DNA of 63,367 nt, the filler included, from Octopus bimaculoides (Eukaryota): the NCBI RefSeq assembly GCF_001194135.2. It is 6 parts of 5 records of this genome, joined end to end, with 100 filler letters (N's around TTAATTAATTAA, not from the genome) between each part and the next. Parts side by side here need not be neighbours in the genome. Positions count along the whole stretch, not along the records: positions 12,404 to 24,161 come from NC_068983.1; 5 more parts are not named here. One strand, 5' to 3'. Below are positions 13,056 to 23,968 of the stretch, in pieces. Under the pieces are notes generated by a model. The model saw nothing but the letters and a program-made list of their open reading frames with translations, was not told the origin of the DNA and did no database searches. How positions within the stretch are numbered: the stretch's first letter is position 1; each line of letters begins with the position of its first letter. The position numbers were made by a program, and so were the translations under genes.

Positions 13056-13199
13056 ATATGAGAAGGGATGACCACCAAGTGGACATCCATTATGCTAGAA
13101 GATCGACCATCTACGGTCAAACCACAAAAAAAAAATGGTTTGACCGTATATGATCTATTTCTAGTATAATGGATGTCCATTCGGTGGTCATCCCTTCTC

Positions 13200-13203
<4 letters not shown>
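13056..13203. mobile_element. Palindromic MITE-like foldback (arms about 68 nt, 11-nt loop)
   Basis: Arm 13056-13124 is the reverse complement of 13136-13203, with a few transitions and one indel. The termini ta|tgagaaggg...cccttctca|ta resemble a mariner-type end with a TA target duplication. Confidence 0.75.
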
Positions 13204-13251
<48 letters not shown>

Positions 13252-13517
13252 TCATACACACACAGTGAGAGGGGGGTGGAATGCATGCGGACACACAAAT
13301 ACATGAAAGCACACGCGAGCAAAACAACACGAAAAAGTAACATTTGAATACCAAAAGTAGAGTAAAGCTAGAAAGACTTCACAAGCTGTGGCCTATTATA
13401 AGATAACTGTATGTCTGATGATTGGTTACGTGAAACTCTGAGTACCTGTTTGTGAAGTCTTTATGGTGTCCCTAAAATGTTATGTGTGTGTGTGTATGTA
13501 TGCATATATATCATATA

Positions 13518-13560
<43 letters not shown>

Positions 13561-14303
13561 NNNNNNNNNNNNNNNNNNNNNNNNNNNNNNNNNNNNNNNN
13601 NNNNNNNNNNNNNNNNNNNNNNNNNNNNNNNNNNNNNNNNNNNNNNNNNNNNNNNNNNNNNNNNNNNNNNNNNNNNNNNNNNNNNNNNNNNNNNNNNNNN
13701 NNNNNNNNNNNNNNNNNNNNNNNNNNNNNNNNNNNNNNNNNNNTGTTTGGAAGTTTGAAAACGCTCCTGAATCTCAAAATTTATTGTCGTTTTTAAATTT
13801 TGCTATAGATTTATTCATATACCAAACCGTTTCGACAATCAATGGTAAAAAATGAATAAATAAATAGATTGATAAAAGAGAGATTTAGGAGAGTTTAAAT
13901 TTACAAGGGTAAATTCAGAAAAATATATTTCAATGATCAAATGTTCAATGTTCATAAAAATTTCAAATATATTCACAGATAGACGGTAATATATATTTAA
14001 ATGTTCAGTGGAGATCATAACAAATATACATGGGGAAAGTTCAGCCATATTGAATTTTTATATAGTAAAAAGGAGAAAAGGGAAAAGATGGGGAGACAAT
14101 TTCTCTTGTCGTGCATGGTGTCCTTCGTCAATTTCAGTCGTATTACATGAAGTCTTATCCTCGCTGGTCGCTGGTTTAGAGTTCGAAATGTTTTAAGTTG
14201 AAATTGTTTAATGTATACGTGTTTTCACGGAAAAGGATCAAATTTTGAGTGGCTGTAAATTTGATAACGTCATTTGTTTTTCTCGTGGATGTTTTAGTCA
14301 AAT

Positions 14304-14904
14304 ATTTTTGTTTTGGCAAAGTTCAGCTTTCTGGTTGGTTGCTTCCTAGTAACGTCGGCTCGTTGTTTATTTGTCTAAATCTCATTGATTTAGTCTGGAG
14401 TAACGGTAGCAGCTTGTGTCTGAGAAAGTGTAAGATGTTATTATTGTACAGTAGTTTGGAGTTGGGGTTTCAAATCCCCGAGGAAGCCTATTACTTAAAC
14501 TTTTGATTTATATCTGTTGTCTCTGGTCAAATCGTGAATAAATTGGATTTTCTCATTCTGCTGTGTTATTATAGGATATTTAGTTGTGGTATATCTCTTT
14601 TAATATAAAGTCATCCCAGACTAAATGAGAATTTTTCTGGTGAAAACCGGACCCTCATAAAAAAAAAATAAACATTGAGTCGACCGAAGGGAATCTGTGA
14701 GCCGGAACGCGAAATGACCATCACCCAAAAACAGGTTACCAAGTCCTTCGACAATAAAAAAAGCGACGTAAGCAAACAATCAACCTGTGAGAGCACAGAG
14801 TACTGGGCCCCTACTGGTCAACAACGAGCGAAAATGTTCCACAAACAAATGACGTCACCAGAATGTCAACCAACTAAATCGCTGAACTTTGCCAAAACAA
14901 AAAT
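14304..14904. repeat. Inverted pair of diverged repeat copies
   Basis: A perfect 24-bp inverted repeat at 14304-14327/14881-14904, with further matching blocks: gctcgttgtt at 14358/14821 and ctcatt..tagtctgg at 14380-14399/14610-14633. Confidence 0.75.
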
Positions 14905-15407
14905 GACTCACTTAATTTACAACTAATCAGAACTTGATCTTTTATCGAGAAAATTGATTTCAATCCTAAGCTACCATTTTATCTATCTCTCAGTAATGAA
15001 GGGGCGACTTGACCTATTTGAACTCAAAATGCAAAGAGTCAGAGTGAATGCTGAAAAGCCTTGTTTTCGATTACGTAACGATTCGCTACTAGTTCGCTAC
15101 CATATTGTTTGCTATGTATGTGTATGCTTCTAACCGTTAGTGTATTTTTTTTTTAGAATTTTGATATATACCTGTATGAGTATACATGTATATATAACTG
15201 TGTCACGATATGACTGCTTTGCTGTTTTGCATATAGCATATTCTGCATATTCTGGTGTTGCAAGATATTGGTTGCCATGCGTGGTTACTACAGAAAAAGG
15301 GTGACTCTGATTTTATTAGTAGTTACGTACAAAATATTATAGGAAAAGTAAAGAGAATAATATAGAAAAGAAATATGTGTTTACTCGGGTTTTGTGCTTT
15401 AGCTATT

Positions 15408-15478
<71 letters not shown>

Positions 15479-15480
<2 letters not shown>

Positions 15481-15687
15481 GAGAATTTACGAAAAAAACA
15501 ACAGATGAAGACAGGTGGTGTAAACAACAAATGGATGTATTAGTTTAACGTTCGGGAATACTGAAAGTCTTTGACGTTTCGAGCCTACGCTCTTCAACTG
15601 AAAGGGACACAGAAAGAAATAAAGAGAGAAACAAGGAGAAAATAAATATAAATGTAGTGGTCAACGATCTATCATGGCGAATGCCGA
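15479..15687 (-). mobile_element. Short (TA)n-embedded non-autonomous element, probably Penelope-derived, with hammerhead-like core
   Basis: Flanked on both sides by (AT)n and homologous to 61378-61550. The minus strand carries TTGAAGA-GCGTAGGCTC-GAAA-CG-TC. Confidence 0.65.
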
Positions 15688-16400
15688 TATATATATATAT
15701 ATATATATATATATCAACGCTTTCTGCGAATGTATTTATTATTTATAACAGGAATGAGGTCACTCTAACTGTTATTAATTAGGCGTGAAATATTGTTTGA
15801 AAAGGAAACTGAAATTTAAAATGTAGATGAAATGTTTGTTGTATTAGGATTTCATGCTACTTCTATTAGGATGTCGTTAAGTAGGTGCGTATGCATGTGA
15901 CATCATGAAGAGATTAATTCAATCTGCCTATTCGATGCTTTAGTTTGATGTCTCAAAATTAATAATTATTCCAAAGTGCAAAGAATTAACGTTAGGTTGT
16001 TTGAATTGTTATCTATATATAAAATTGAATTATTAAGTTAAATGCACAGTCGGAATCTTTTGTTAATCTGGTTAATGATTACATCTAAGTAATTTACTAT
16101 TTTAAGGTTCCTACTTAATAAATTAAATTTCTTGAACAGTATGGTTACGTTTTTTCTGAACTCATCTGCTTGCTGTGCTACTCGATAACATCAAGTAATA
16201 GTCTCGTTCTGGTTGAATAAATCCTACAGGCACTGGCAAGCATGAACGAGGCTTGTTTATAGATATTCCCCGGAAGAATATTAATCTGACGATAAACAGT
16301 TGACTGCATGCATATTTTTCTAATACACACGCACACATACATAATATATATGTGTATATGCATATATATATATATGCATATATATATATATATGCATGTA

Positions 16401-16482
<82 letters not shown>

Positions 16483-16498
16483 TATATATATATATCGC

Positions 16499-16608
16499 TA
16501 GTTGTAAAATCTCAAGAAGAGATGTGGTGACTGACTTTATATATATATATATAAAGTAAAGACTATATAATGTAAAGTCAGTCGCTACATGTCTTCTTTG
16601 GACAATTA
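16499..16608. repeat. Short inverted repeat/hairpin (26-bp stem)
   Basis: aagaagagatgtggtgactgacttta (16514-16539) pairs with taaagtcagtcgctacatgtcttctt (16573-16598). On the + strand this gives 23 Watson-Crick pairs, 2 G-U pairs and 1 mismatch. Confidence 0.85.
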
Positions 16609-18345
16609 TATATATTCTCCTATTTGAAGTGACAACTTTTAAATACAAGCAAATGACCGAAAAATGATGAGCTAACCTTAACCAGAATCGAACCCACAAA
16701 TCAATGCTTACATATGTCTTTGCGCATCTGAGTGGTTTGTGTTACATGGTTAAAGTATATATTTAAATTATGTCAGAAAAATGTTAGAAAAATGTTAGAA
16801 AAATGTTATAAAATCTTTTTGGTATATAAACATTGTATTTTGAGAAATAACCGGTTTCGTGTTGTCTTTTCAAATTTCTCTACTTCATTGTGTCGTGTTC
16901 GTTCCAGTCTGAGAAAGAAGAGTTCTAGATAGGGGGAGGTAATTAGGGATTTCTTCCGGTATAAGGGAGATAATCGAAATCTAGGAGGTGGTAGAATTTG
17001 ATTAATTTACCATGGTTTTGTTCTATATTTTTTTCCCCTTTTTTTCTCAGTGGGGTGATGAATTTCCTTATTTAAATGTGTTAGCAATNNNNNNNNNNNN
17101 NNNNNNNNNNNNNNNNNNNNNNNNNNNNNNNNNNNNNNNNNNNNNNNNNNNNNNNNNNNNNNNNNNNNNNNNNNNNNNNNNNNNNNNNNNNNNNNNNNNN
17201 NNNNNNNNNNNNNNNNNNNNNNNNNNNNNNNNNNNNNNNNNNNNNNNNNNNNNNNNNNNNNNNNNNNNNNNNNNNNNNNNNNNNNNNNNNNNNNNNNNNN
17301 NNNNNNNNNNNNNNNNNNNNNNNNNNNNNNNNNNNNNNNNNNNNNNNNNNNNNNNNNNNNNNNNNNNNNNNNNNNNNNNNNNNNNNNNNNNNNNNNNNNN
17401 NNNNNNNNNNNNNNNNNNNNNNNNNNNNNNNNNNNNNNNNNNNNNNNNNNNNNNNNNNNTATATATATATATATTAAATTGCTGGCCTCGAGATACGGTG
17501 TTTCGTTATGCAACCATAATATCATAATATTCTACCAAGCATATTAAAGACTCATAAGCTAAACTGTTTCACCTGTGTTAGCTGTGCTATTCAATCACTT
17601 TTTAGAGTTATCTCTACAGACTTTCCATGGAAACTAGAACCCTCATTTAAAGTTACGATGGTTTGTATACGAATACGTCTATGTAAACAATGCAATTGAA
17701 GTTAGAAAAATCGGTAATGGAATGTACATGCATATTTCAGTGGTTGTTACTCCTTTTACAGCACCACGTCCAATCCATTAACCATCAAGGAATACATTGC
17801 TTAAAGAGCCACCAAATGTATGAAGTCATTAACACCTTTTTTCTTTCTCGTGCATACTATATCTAGAATTTCATTATCAAACGTGCTGTCGTTTTTTAAA
17901 GATAACAGATAACAGACTATGATGTAAGTGGAGACTTGGCTTCTTTTTTTTTTATAAGTTGAACATTTTGATAATTTGATCGCTCATTCATCAGACGATG
18001 TTAGCAGCAAAAATTTGTTATGTTTATTGCTGATTCTTCATTCTATCTCTTTAATAAAAACCCTATACTAAATTATTTACATTTCGACCCCCAAGTAATA
18101 GCAACTAAATCCTGCACAAAATACAACATTCTCTTTTTAAAAAGGAATCTTACATTGGATAATCATAAGAACCAACTATCATCCACAAACAATTAATATC
18201 TTAATAAAAATGTACTTACACTGATTTATGAGTCAATACAATCACAAGTAGATATAGACACCCACTCGAGGCTATCACTCTTTGACTCGGCGAAACATTT
18301 AGGGTTCAGCATCTGGAGAGAGAGAGAGGGGGAGAGTGAGGAGAG

Positions 18346-18397
<52 letters not shown>

Positions 18398-18424
18398 GAG
18401 TGAGATAGATATACTAGCACTCGG

Positions 18425-18482
18425 CTTGTACTCATTTTCAGCTGAGTACTTTGGTGCAACATGAAATGAAATGCCTTGCTCA
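18425..18482 (-). mobile_element. SINE family C (CORE-like) fragment
   Basis: actcattttcagctgagt...gcaacatgaaatgaaatgccttgctca matches the 37860-37935 copy. Confidence 0.6.
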
Positions 18483-19205
18483 CTGACAATCTCGCCATCC
18501 TAAATACATTACATGTAGGACTGAATGTAAAATGTAATTGTTACGCTTGAAACGTCATTGAACATAGTTCTGGCTGATCAGAAAAACCATGGGGAACCAA
18601 AGAACAAGTGTTTTTAAAATGTTAGGCTAAAATATTTTATTTCCCCGAATGTAAAAGGAGTAGAATTTTTCTCAATCCATCTTTCCTTAATATGGCATCA
18701 AAGAGAGGATAGGGGTGGCTGACAACCTGTACAGGACCACCAAGAGAGGAATGTTAATTTCGACATGTAATAACATACAGGAAAGAAAATAATGCCTCCA
18801 AAACAAACTTAAATACTAAGTGATAAAAAAGTGATTATGGGGATGAAGGGATAGGGCGGGAATAAAGAGCAAAAGTATGGGGGTGAAATTATTAACTGTA
18901 CTTAGCTAATTAGAAAACAGTAATTAAAAAAGTTTCAATTTGCTGAGAGAACCATCGGGCATTTTTGGGTACGTTCTCATTATGGTGACGCGTGAATGTT
19001 ACAATTTTCCTTGTTGAGTTGAAGTAAGTTAATTTCTGATACTCTGTACTCACCTGAACAGAGGTCAAAGTAGTTTATTTAAGTGGAGAACTGTAGTGAA
19101 GACAGGTGGTTAATTATCAACCCATCGGAAATACTAATAAACGGAAAGGTTATCACTCATTCTTGATTGGCCTCAGTGAAAGCAAATTCGTACCTACATC
19201 TTCTT

Positions 19206-19232
19206 GCGTACTACTACTATCACCAGATCACT

Positions 19233-19269
<37 letters not shown>

Positions 19270-19271
19270 CT

Positions 19272-19303
<32 letters not shown>

Positions 19304-19372
19304 TTTAGCGATTAACACTTGAGTCAACACTTCTGCCACTGCCATCGTTCTCCTCTTCATCAACATGATCAC

Positions 19373-19433
<61 letters not shown>

Positions 19434-19733
19434 GTTGTAAGCATAAATTATCGCAAGGATTGGTAAATCGTGTCACTACTTCATGACTGTCATCTTCATC
19501 GTTAAAATCGTTCAGAAAAGGCCCTAGTGAAGAGGATGTGAGGTTGGTGGTGAGGGTGGGGGTGAGGGGTAAAAGAAATTTCCACGACTGTATGAAATGT
19601 AAGCTTTACAAAGTACCCCTACTCAACCAGATACTAAATTCCTCTCCATTTACAAATGTCTGGAGACATTCGGGAGGGGAAGACTAAGCCTTGCTTTGGT
19701 AGCGTCTGCTGCTGTTGTTGTTGCTGCTGCTGC

Positions 19734-19820
<87 letters not shown>

Positions 19821-20080
19821 CGATGACGATAACGATGATGATGATGATGATGATGATGGTGATGCTGAAGGTGATGATCATGTTGATGACAATTATTATG
19901 ATGGCGACGACGTAATGGTGATAACGAAAATGTCAATGTTGATGATGATGACGACGACGACAACAACGATGACGACGATGATGATGGTAAAGATGACGAT
20001 GATGATGGTGATGATGGTGATGGTGATGATGACCATGATGATGATGACAACGACGACGACGACGACGACGTCGCTGATGT
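19206..20080. repeat. Trinucleotide arrays: (CAT)n at 19231-19432, then (GTT/GAT/GAC)n at 19705-20080
   Basis: Seen directly. They are the source of the poly-M/H/D/Q ORFs in the track. Confidence 0.95.
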
Positions 20081-20631
20081 TTTTGTTATTGCTGTTTCTA
20101 AAAGAGGGATCAGCAGATCGGGTGAGAGCCAAGAGAATAACACATGGTCAGCAGACCAAATGACAGAGGCAACCCAATACTGAATTAAAGAGCTTCGCAG
20201 ATATTCATTGCTTCACAGCTGCTGTTTCCTGTTGGAATTCAATCTAAAAAACAGCCTAAAATCTGTGACAACTACTGACATTTTCTAAACACATTCAGTA
20301 TCGACTAAGTTTGATGGCAGTTTTGAGAAAATTAATTTACTTATTTAGCTCAAATACACACAAAAACAAAATACACACATGCACACTTACACACGAAATT
20401 ACATACACACACATACACATCATACACACAAGTGCTCATGGAAGTCATTAACCCAATAAAAGTGACGATGTATATATATATATATATATATATGCACACA
20501 CAAAAACACACACACATATATATACATATATATACATATACATACATATTTACATACATTTATTTTTCATACATACACATACACGTACAAACACGCATAT
20601 ACACAGATATACAATATATACAGTTTACATA

Positions 20632-20750
20632 TTGTTTTCTATTTGTGTCTTTTGTTGTTCGAAAAAATAGTTGATATTCCATGTACTCGTACTTCGCTTT
20701 ATTTTTGTTTTTGTTGTACACGTTTCGTGACGTCCTGTGCCCACATATGC
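20632..20750 (+). mobile_element. Short (AT)n-anchored dispersed repeat, family D, copy 1
   Basis: atttgtgtc...ttccatgtactcgtacttcgc...acgtttcgtgacgtcctgtgcccacatatgc aligns with the reverse complement of 23969-24150. Confidence 0.75.
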
Positions 20751-21709
20751 ATATATATATNNNNNNNNNNNNNNNNNNNNNNNNNNNNNNNNNNNNNNNN
20801 NNNNNNNNNNNNNNNNNNNNNNNNNNNNNNNNNNNNNNNNNNNNNNNNNNNNNNNNNNNNNNNNNNNNNNNNNNNNNNNNNNNNNNNNNNNNNNNNNNNN
20901 NNNNNNNNNNNNNNNNNNNNNNNNNNNNNNNNNNNNNNNNNNNNNNNNNNNNNNNNNNNNNNNNNNNNNNNNNNNNNNNNNNNNNNNNNNNNNNNNNNNN
21001 NNNNNNNNNNNNNNNNNNNNNNNNNNNNNNNNNNNNNNNNNNNNNNNNNNNNNNNNNNNNNNNNNNNNNNNNNNNNNNNNNNNNNNNNNNNNNNNNNNNN
21101 NNNNNNNNNNNNNNNNNNNNNNNNNNNNNNNNNNNNNNNNNNNNNNNNNNNNNNNNNNNNNNNNNNNNNNNNNNNNNNNNNNNNNNNNNNNNNNNNNNNN
21201 NNNNNNNNNNNNNNNNNNNNNNNNNNNNNNNNNNNNNNNNNNNNNNNNNNNNNNNNNNNNNNNNNNNNNNNNNNNNNNNNNNNNNNNNNNNNNNNNNNNN
21301 NNNNNNNNNNNNNNNNNNNNNNNNNNNNNNNNNNNNNNNNNNNNNNNNNNNNNNNNNNNNNNNNNNNNNNNNNNNNNNNNNNNNNNNNNNNNNNNNNNNN
21401 NNNNNNNNNNNNNNNNNNNNNNNNNNNNNNNNNNNNNNNNNNNNNNNNNNNNNNNNNNNNNNNNNNNNNNNNNNNNNNNNNNNNNNNNNNNNNNNNNNNN
21501 NNNNNNNNNNNNNNNNNNNNNNNNNNNNNNNNNNNNNNNNNNNNNNNNNNNNNNNNNNNNNNNNNNNNNNNNNNNNNNNNNNNNNNNNNNNNNNNNNNNN
21601 NNNNNNNNNNNNNNNNNNNNNNNGGAGGAGATGTCCTCCTGGGGCTAAAAGCAACAGTAACATCCACCCCTAGGGGTCAGCCACACTTAAGTGGCAATAT
21701 ACTACACTT

Positions 21710-21742
<33 letters not shown>

Positions 21743-21743
21743 A

Positions 21744-22020
21744 CGGGCCAACCAAAGCCTTGTGAGTGGATTTGGCAGACGGAAACTGAAAGAAGCCCGT
21801 TGTATATATATGTGTGTTTGTGTTTGTGTGTCTGTGTTTCCCCAACATCACTTGACAACCGATGCTGGTGTGTTTACGTCCCCGTAACTTAGCGTTTCGG
21901 CAAAAGAGATCGATAGAATAAGTACTAGGTTCACAAAGAATAAATCCTGGGTTCGATTTGCTCGACTAAAGTCAGTGCTCCTGCATGGCCGCAGTCAAAT
22001 GACTGAAACAAGTAAATGAG
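21744..22020 (+). mobile_element. SINE family A, 5'-truncated (end of head + microsatellite + tail)
   Basis: ccaaagccttgtgagtggatttggcagacggaaactgaaagaagcccg...gacaaccgatgctggtgtgtttacgtccccgtaacttagc...gatagaataagtactagg...atgactgaaacaagtaaa. Confidence 0.9.
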
Positions 22021-22454
22021 TATACGTATAGATGTAACTATGTGCATATATATATATATAATTTATATTATTATGTGATTGAACGCCACGCATCCGCTTA
22101 ATGATTCTGATGTGCACTCTATTCTATCCTATTACACTGTCACTCTCTCCCTCACTCCTCCTCCCTAGCTCACATGGCTCCCACGTGACCATCGGCCATC
22201 TTTCTTTATTCTCCTAAATTGTGTTTCTTTCTCTCCGTTGTAATTAGAACAAGGAAGACGTATTCTTGTCTGTTTCCTGTCGAAGGTTGGGTTACACGTT
22301 CGCCACCACAACCTCGTTTAACCTTAGCAGTCCTTCCTGCTTGTTTTCACTGTTCTGCTTATGTCATTAATTATGACGCCCCGCAAAATCCCAATTTTAT
22401 TTAATTTGCTTTGCGGGTGCAACTGTTTTATCGAAAGCGTATATTGTTGTTAAA

Positions 22455-22544
22455 TGCGCGAAATACGAGAGTAGAAAAACAGCCAACAACTTATGAAGAG
22501 TCATTCTTTATGTTGTTCCTCTTGTTTTCCATTTGTGTCTTTCG
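22455..22544 (+). mobile_element. Family D repeat, copy 2
   Basis: gcgcgaaatacgagagtagaaaaacagccaacaacttatgaagagtcattc aligns with the reverse complement of 24040-24150. Confidence 0.75.
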
Positions 22545-22581
22545 TATATATATATATATACGAATGGGTTTTAACAAATAA

Positions 22582-22981
22582 TAACATTCAACAGCCACTT
22601 TTGATGTGGCGACTGGCTTTACTTTTTAGTATAGTTACTACTCTGGTCTCTTCGTGAGATTTTACAGCTAGCTACTTTGCTTGTTGCAAATCAGTGACCG
22701 ATGGTCACTTTCTTTACAATATAACTGTTAGCGTTAGCGGACTCTGGTTATCGCTCTGGCGCACATGCACTCGCGACTGAGGACAGGTCAAATAGCTCGA
22801 AACTGAATCAATTTCACGATCCTAATACCTGCTAGATGGTCGCATGCATTCGCTTCCTTTGCTAGCAACATGTTGTATATAAGGGGTGCAGGGTTGTACC
22901 GATAACCAGCTGGCGGAGAATCTACCTGGGGCTAAACTGGTAGTAACATTCAGCAGTCACTTTGATGTGGCGACTGGCTTT
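22582..22981. repeat. About 39-bp direct repeats bracketing a unique segment of about 320 bp
   Basis: taacattcaacagccacttttgatgtggcgactggcttt (22582-22620) versus taacattcagcagtcactttgatgtggcgactggcttt (22944-22981). Confidence 0.85.
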
Positions 22982-23292
22982 GCTGTATTATATAAATTAT
23001 TTAGGTATATGCATATTTTTGTATGTATGTATATATACATGTATGCGTGTACTGTATGCGTGTACTGTATGCGTGTACTGTATGCGTGTATGTGATGGTA
23101 TGTGAGTGAATACGCATGAATTATATGACGCACATATAAATATATATGTTCGTTTATAATGCATAAAATAAGCGTTGCCTCGTCATGCCCGCTATACAAT
23201 GAAATATATATATATATATATATACAGAGAGGGAGGGGGAGAGAGAGGGGGGAGAGAGAGGGGAGAGAGAAAGAGAGAGTTAGATGTGCCAA

Positions 23293-23580
23293 TATGACTT
23301 CGTGGTAAGAAGTTTGCTTCCAAAACACATGGTTTCGAGGCTGGTTCCACTGCGTGGCATCTTGAGCAAGTGTCTTCTGCTATAGCATCACGCAGATCAA
23401 AGCCTTGTGAGAGGATTTGCCAAACGGCTAGGTTATGGGGACTTAAACTAAACCAAAAGCGGTTGTCAAGTGGTAGTGGGGGAAAACACAGGCACAGACA
23501 CACGCATACACACACACATACTGAACATGGGAGCATGTGGTTGTGAAGCAAACTTCTTACCACACAGCCACGCCTGCACC
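23293..23580. mobile_element. Two family A SINEs in inverted orientation
   Basis: A + head at 23293-23428, a minus tail fragment at about 23429-23490 and a minus head at 23521-23580. The heads are reverse-complementary at 27/30 nt (23302-23331 versus 23534-23563). Confidence 0.8.
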
Positions 23581-23667
23581 TTCATATATATATAGGGTAG
23601 CCCAAAAGTAGGTTTTACAGTTATCACGTAAACACTTTAAATTTCTTTTTAAACATTTTATGATATG

Positions 23668-23700
<33 letters not shown>

Positions 23701-23797
23701 ATAAATTATTTTATAATTATATACATAATTATAACAAAGGGTCAGCTTAATGCTTCACCACGCACTTCTAGTAAGGGACGTTTAAGTTTTTTACTGC

Positions 23798-23841
<44 letters not shown>

Positions 23842-23868
23842 GATATAATATAATATAATATGAATAAT

Positions 23869-23900
<32 letters not shown>

Positions 23901-23968
23901 GTATATATATATGCATATATACATACTTATATGTACATACTTACATCTATACGTATATATATATATAT

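Noticed and set aside
19634-20143. His/Gln-rich ORF resembling a transcription factor low-complexity region
   Set aside because: Almost entirely trinucleotide microsatellite and open in several frames on both strands. The short unique tail (TLPKQGLVFPSRMSPDICKWRGI) matches nothing I recognise.
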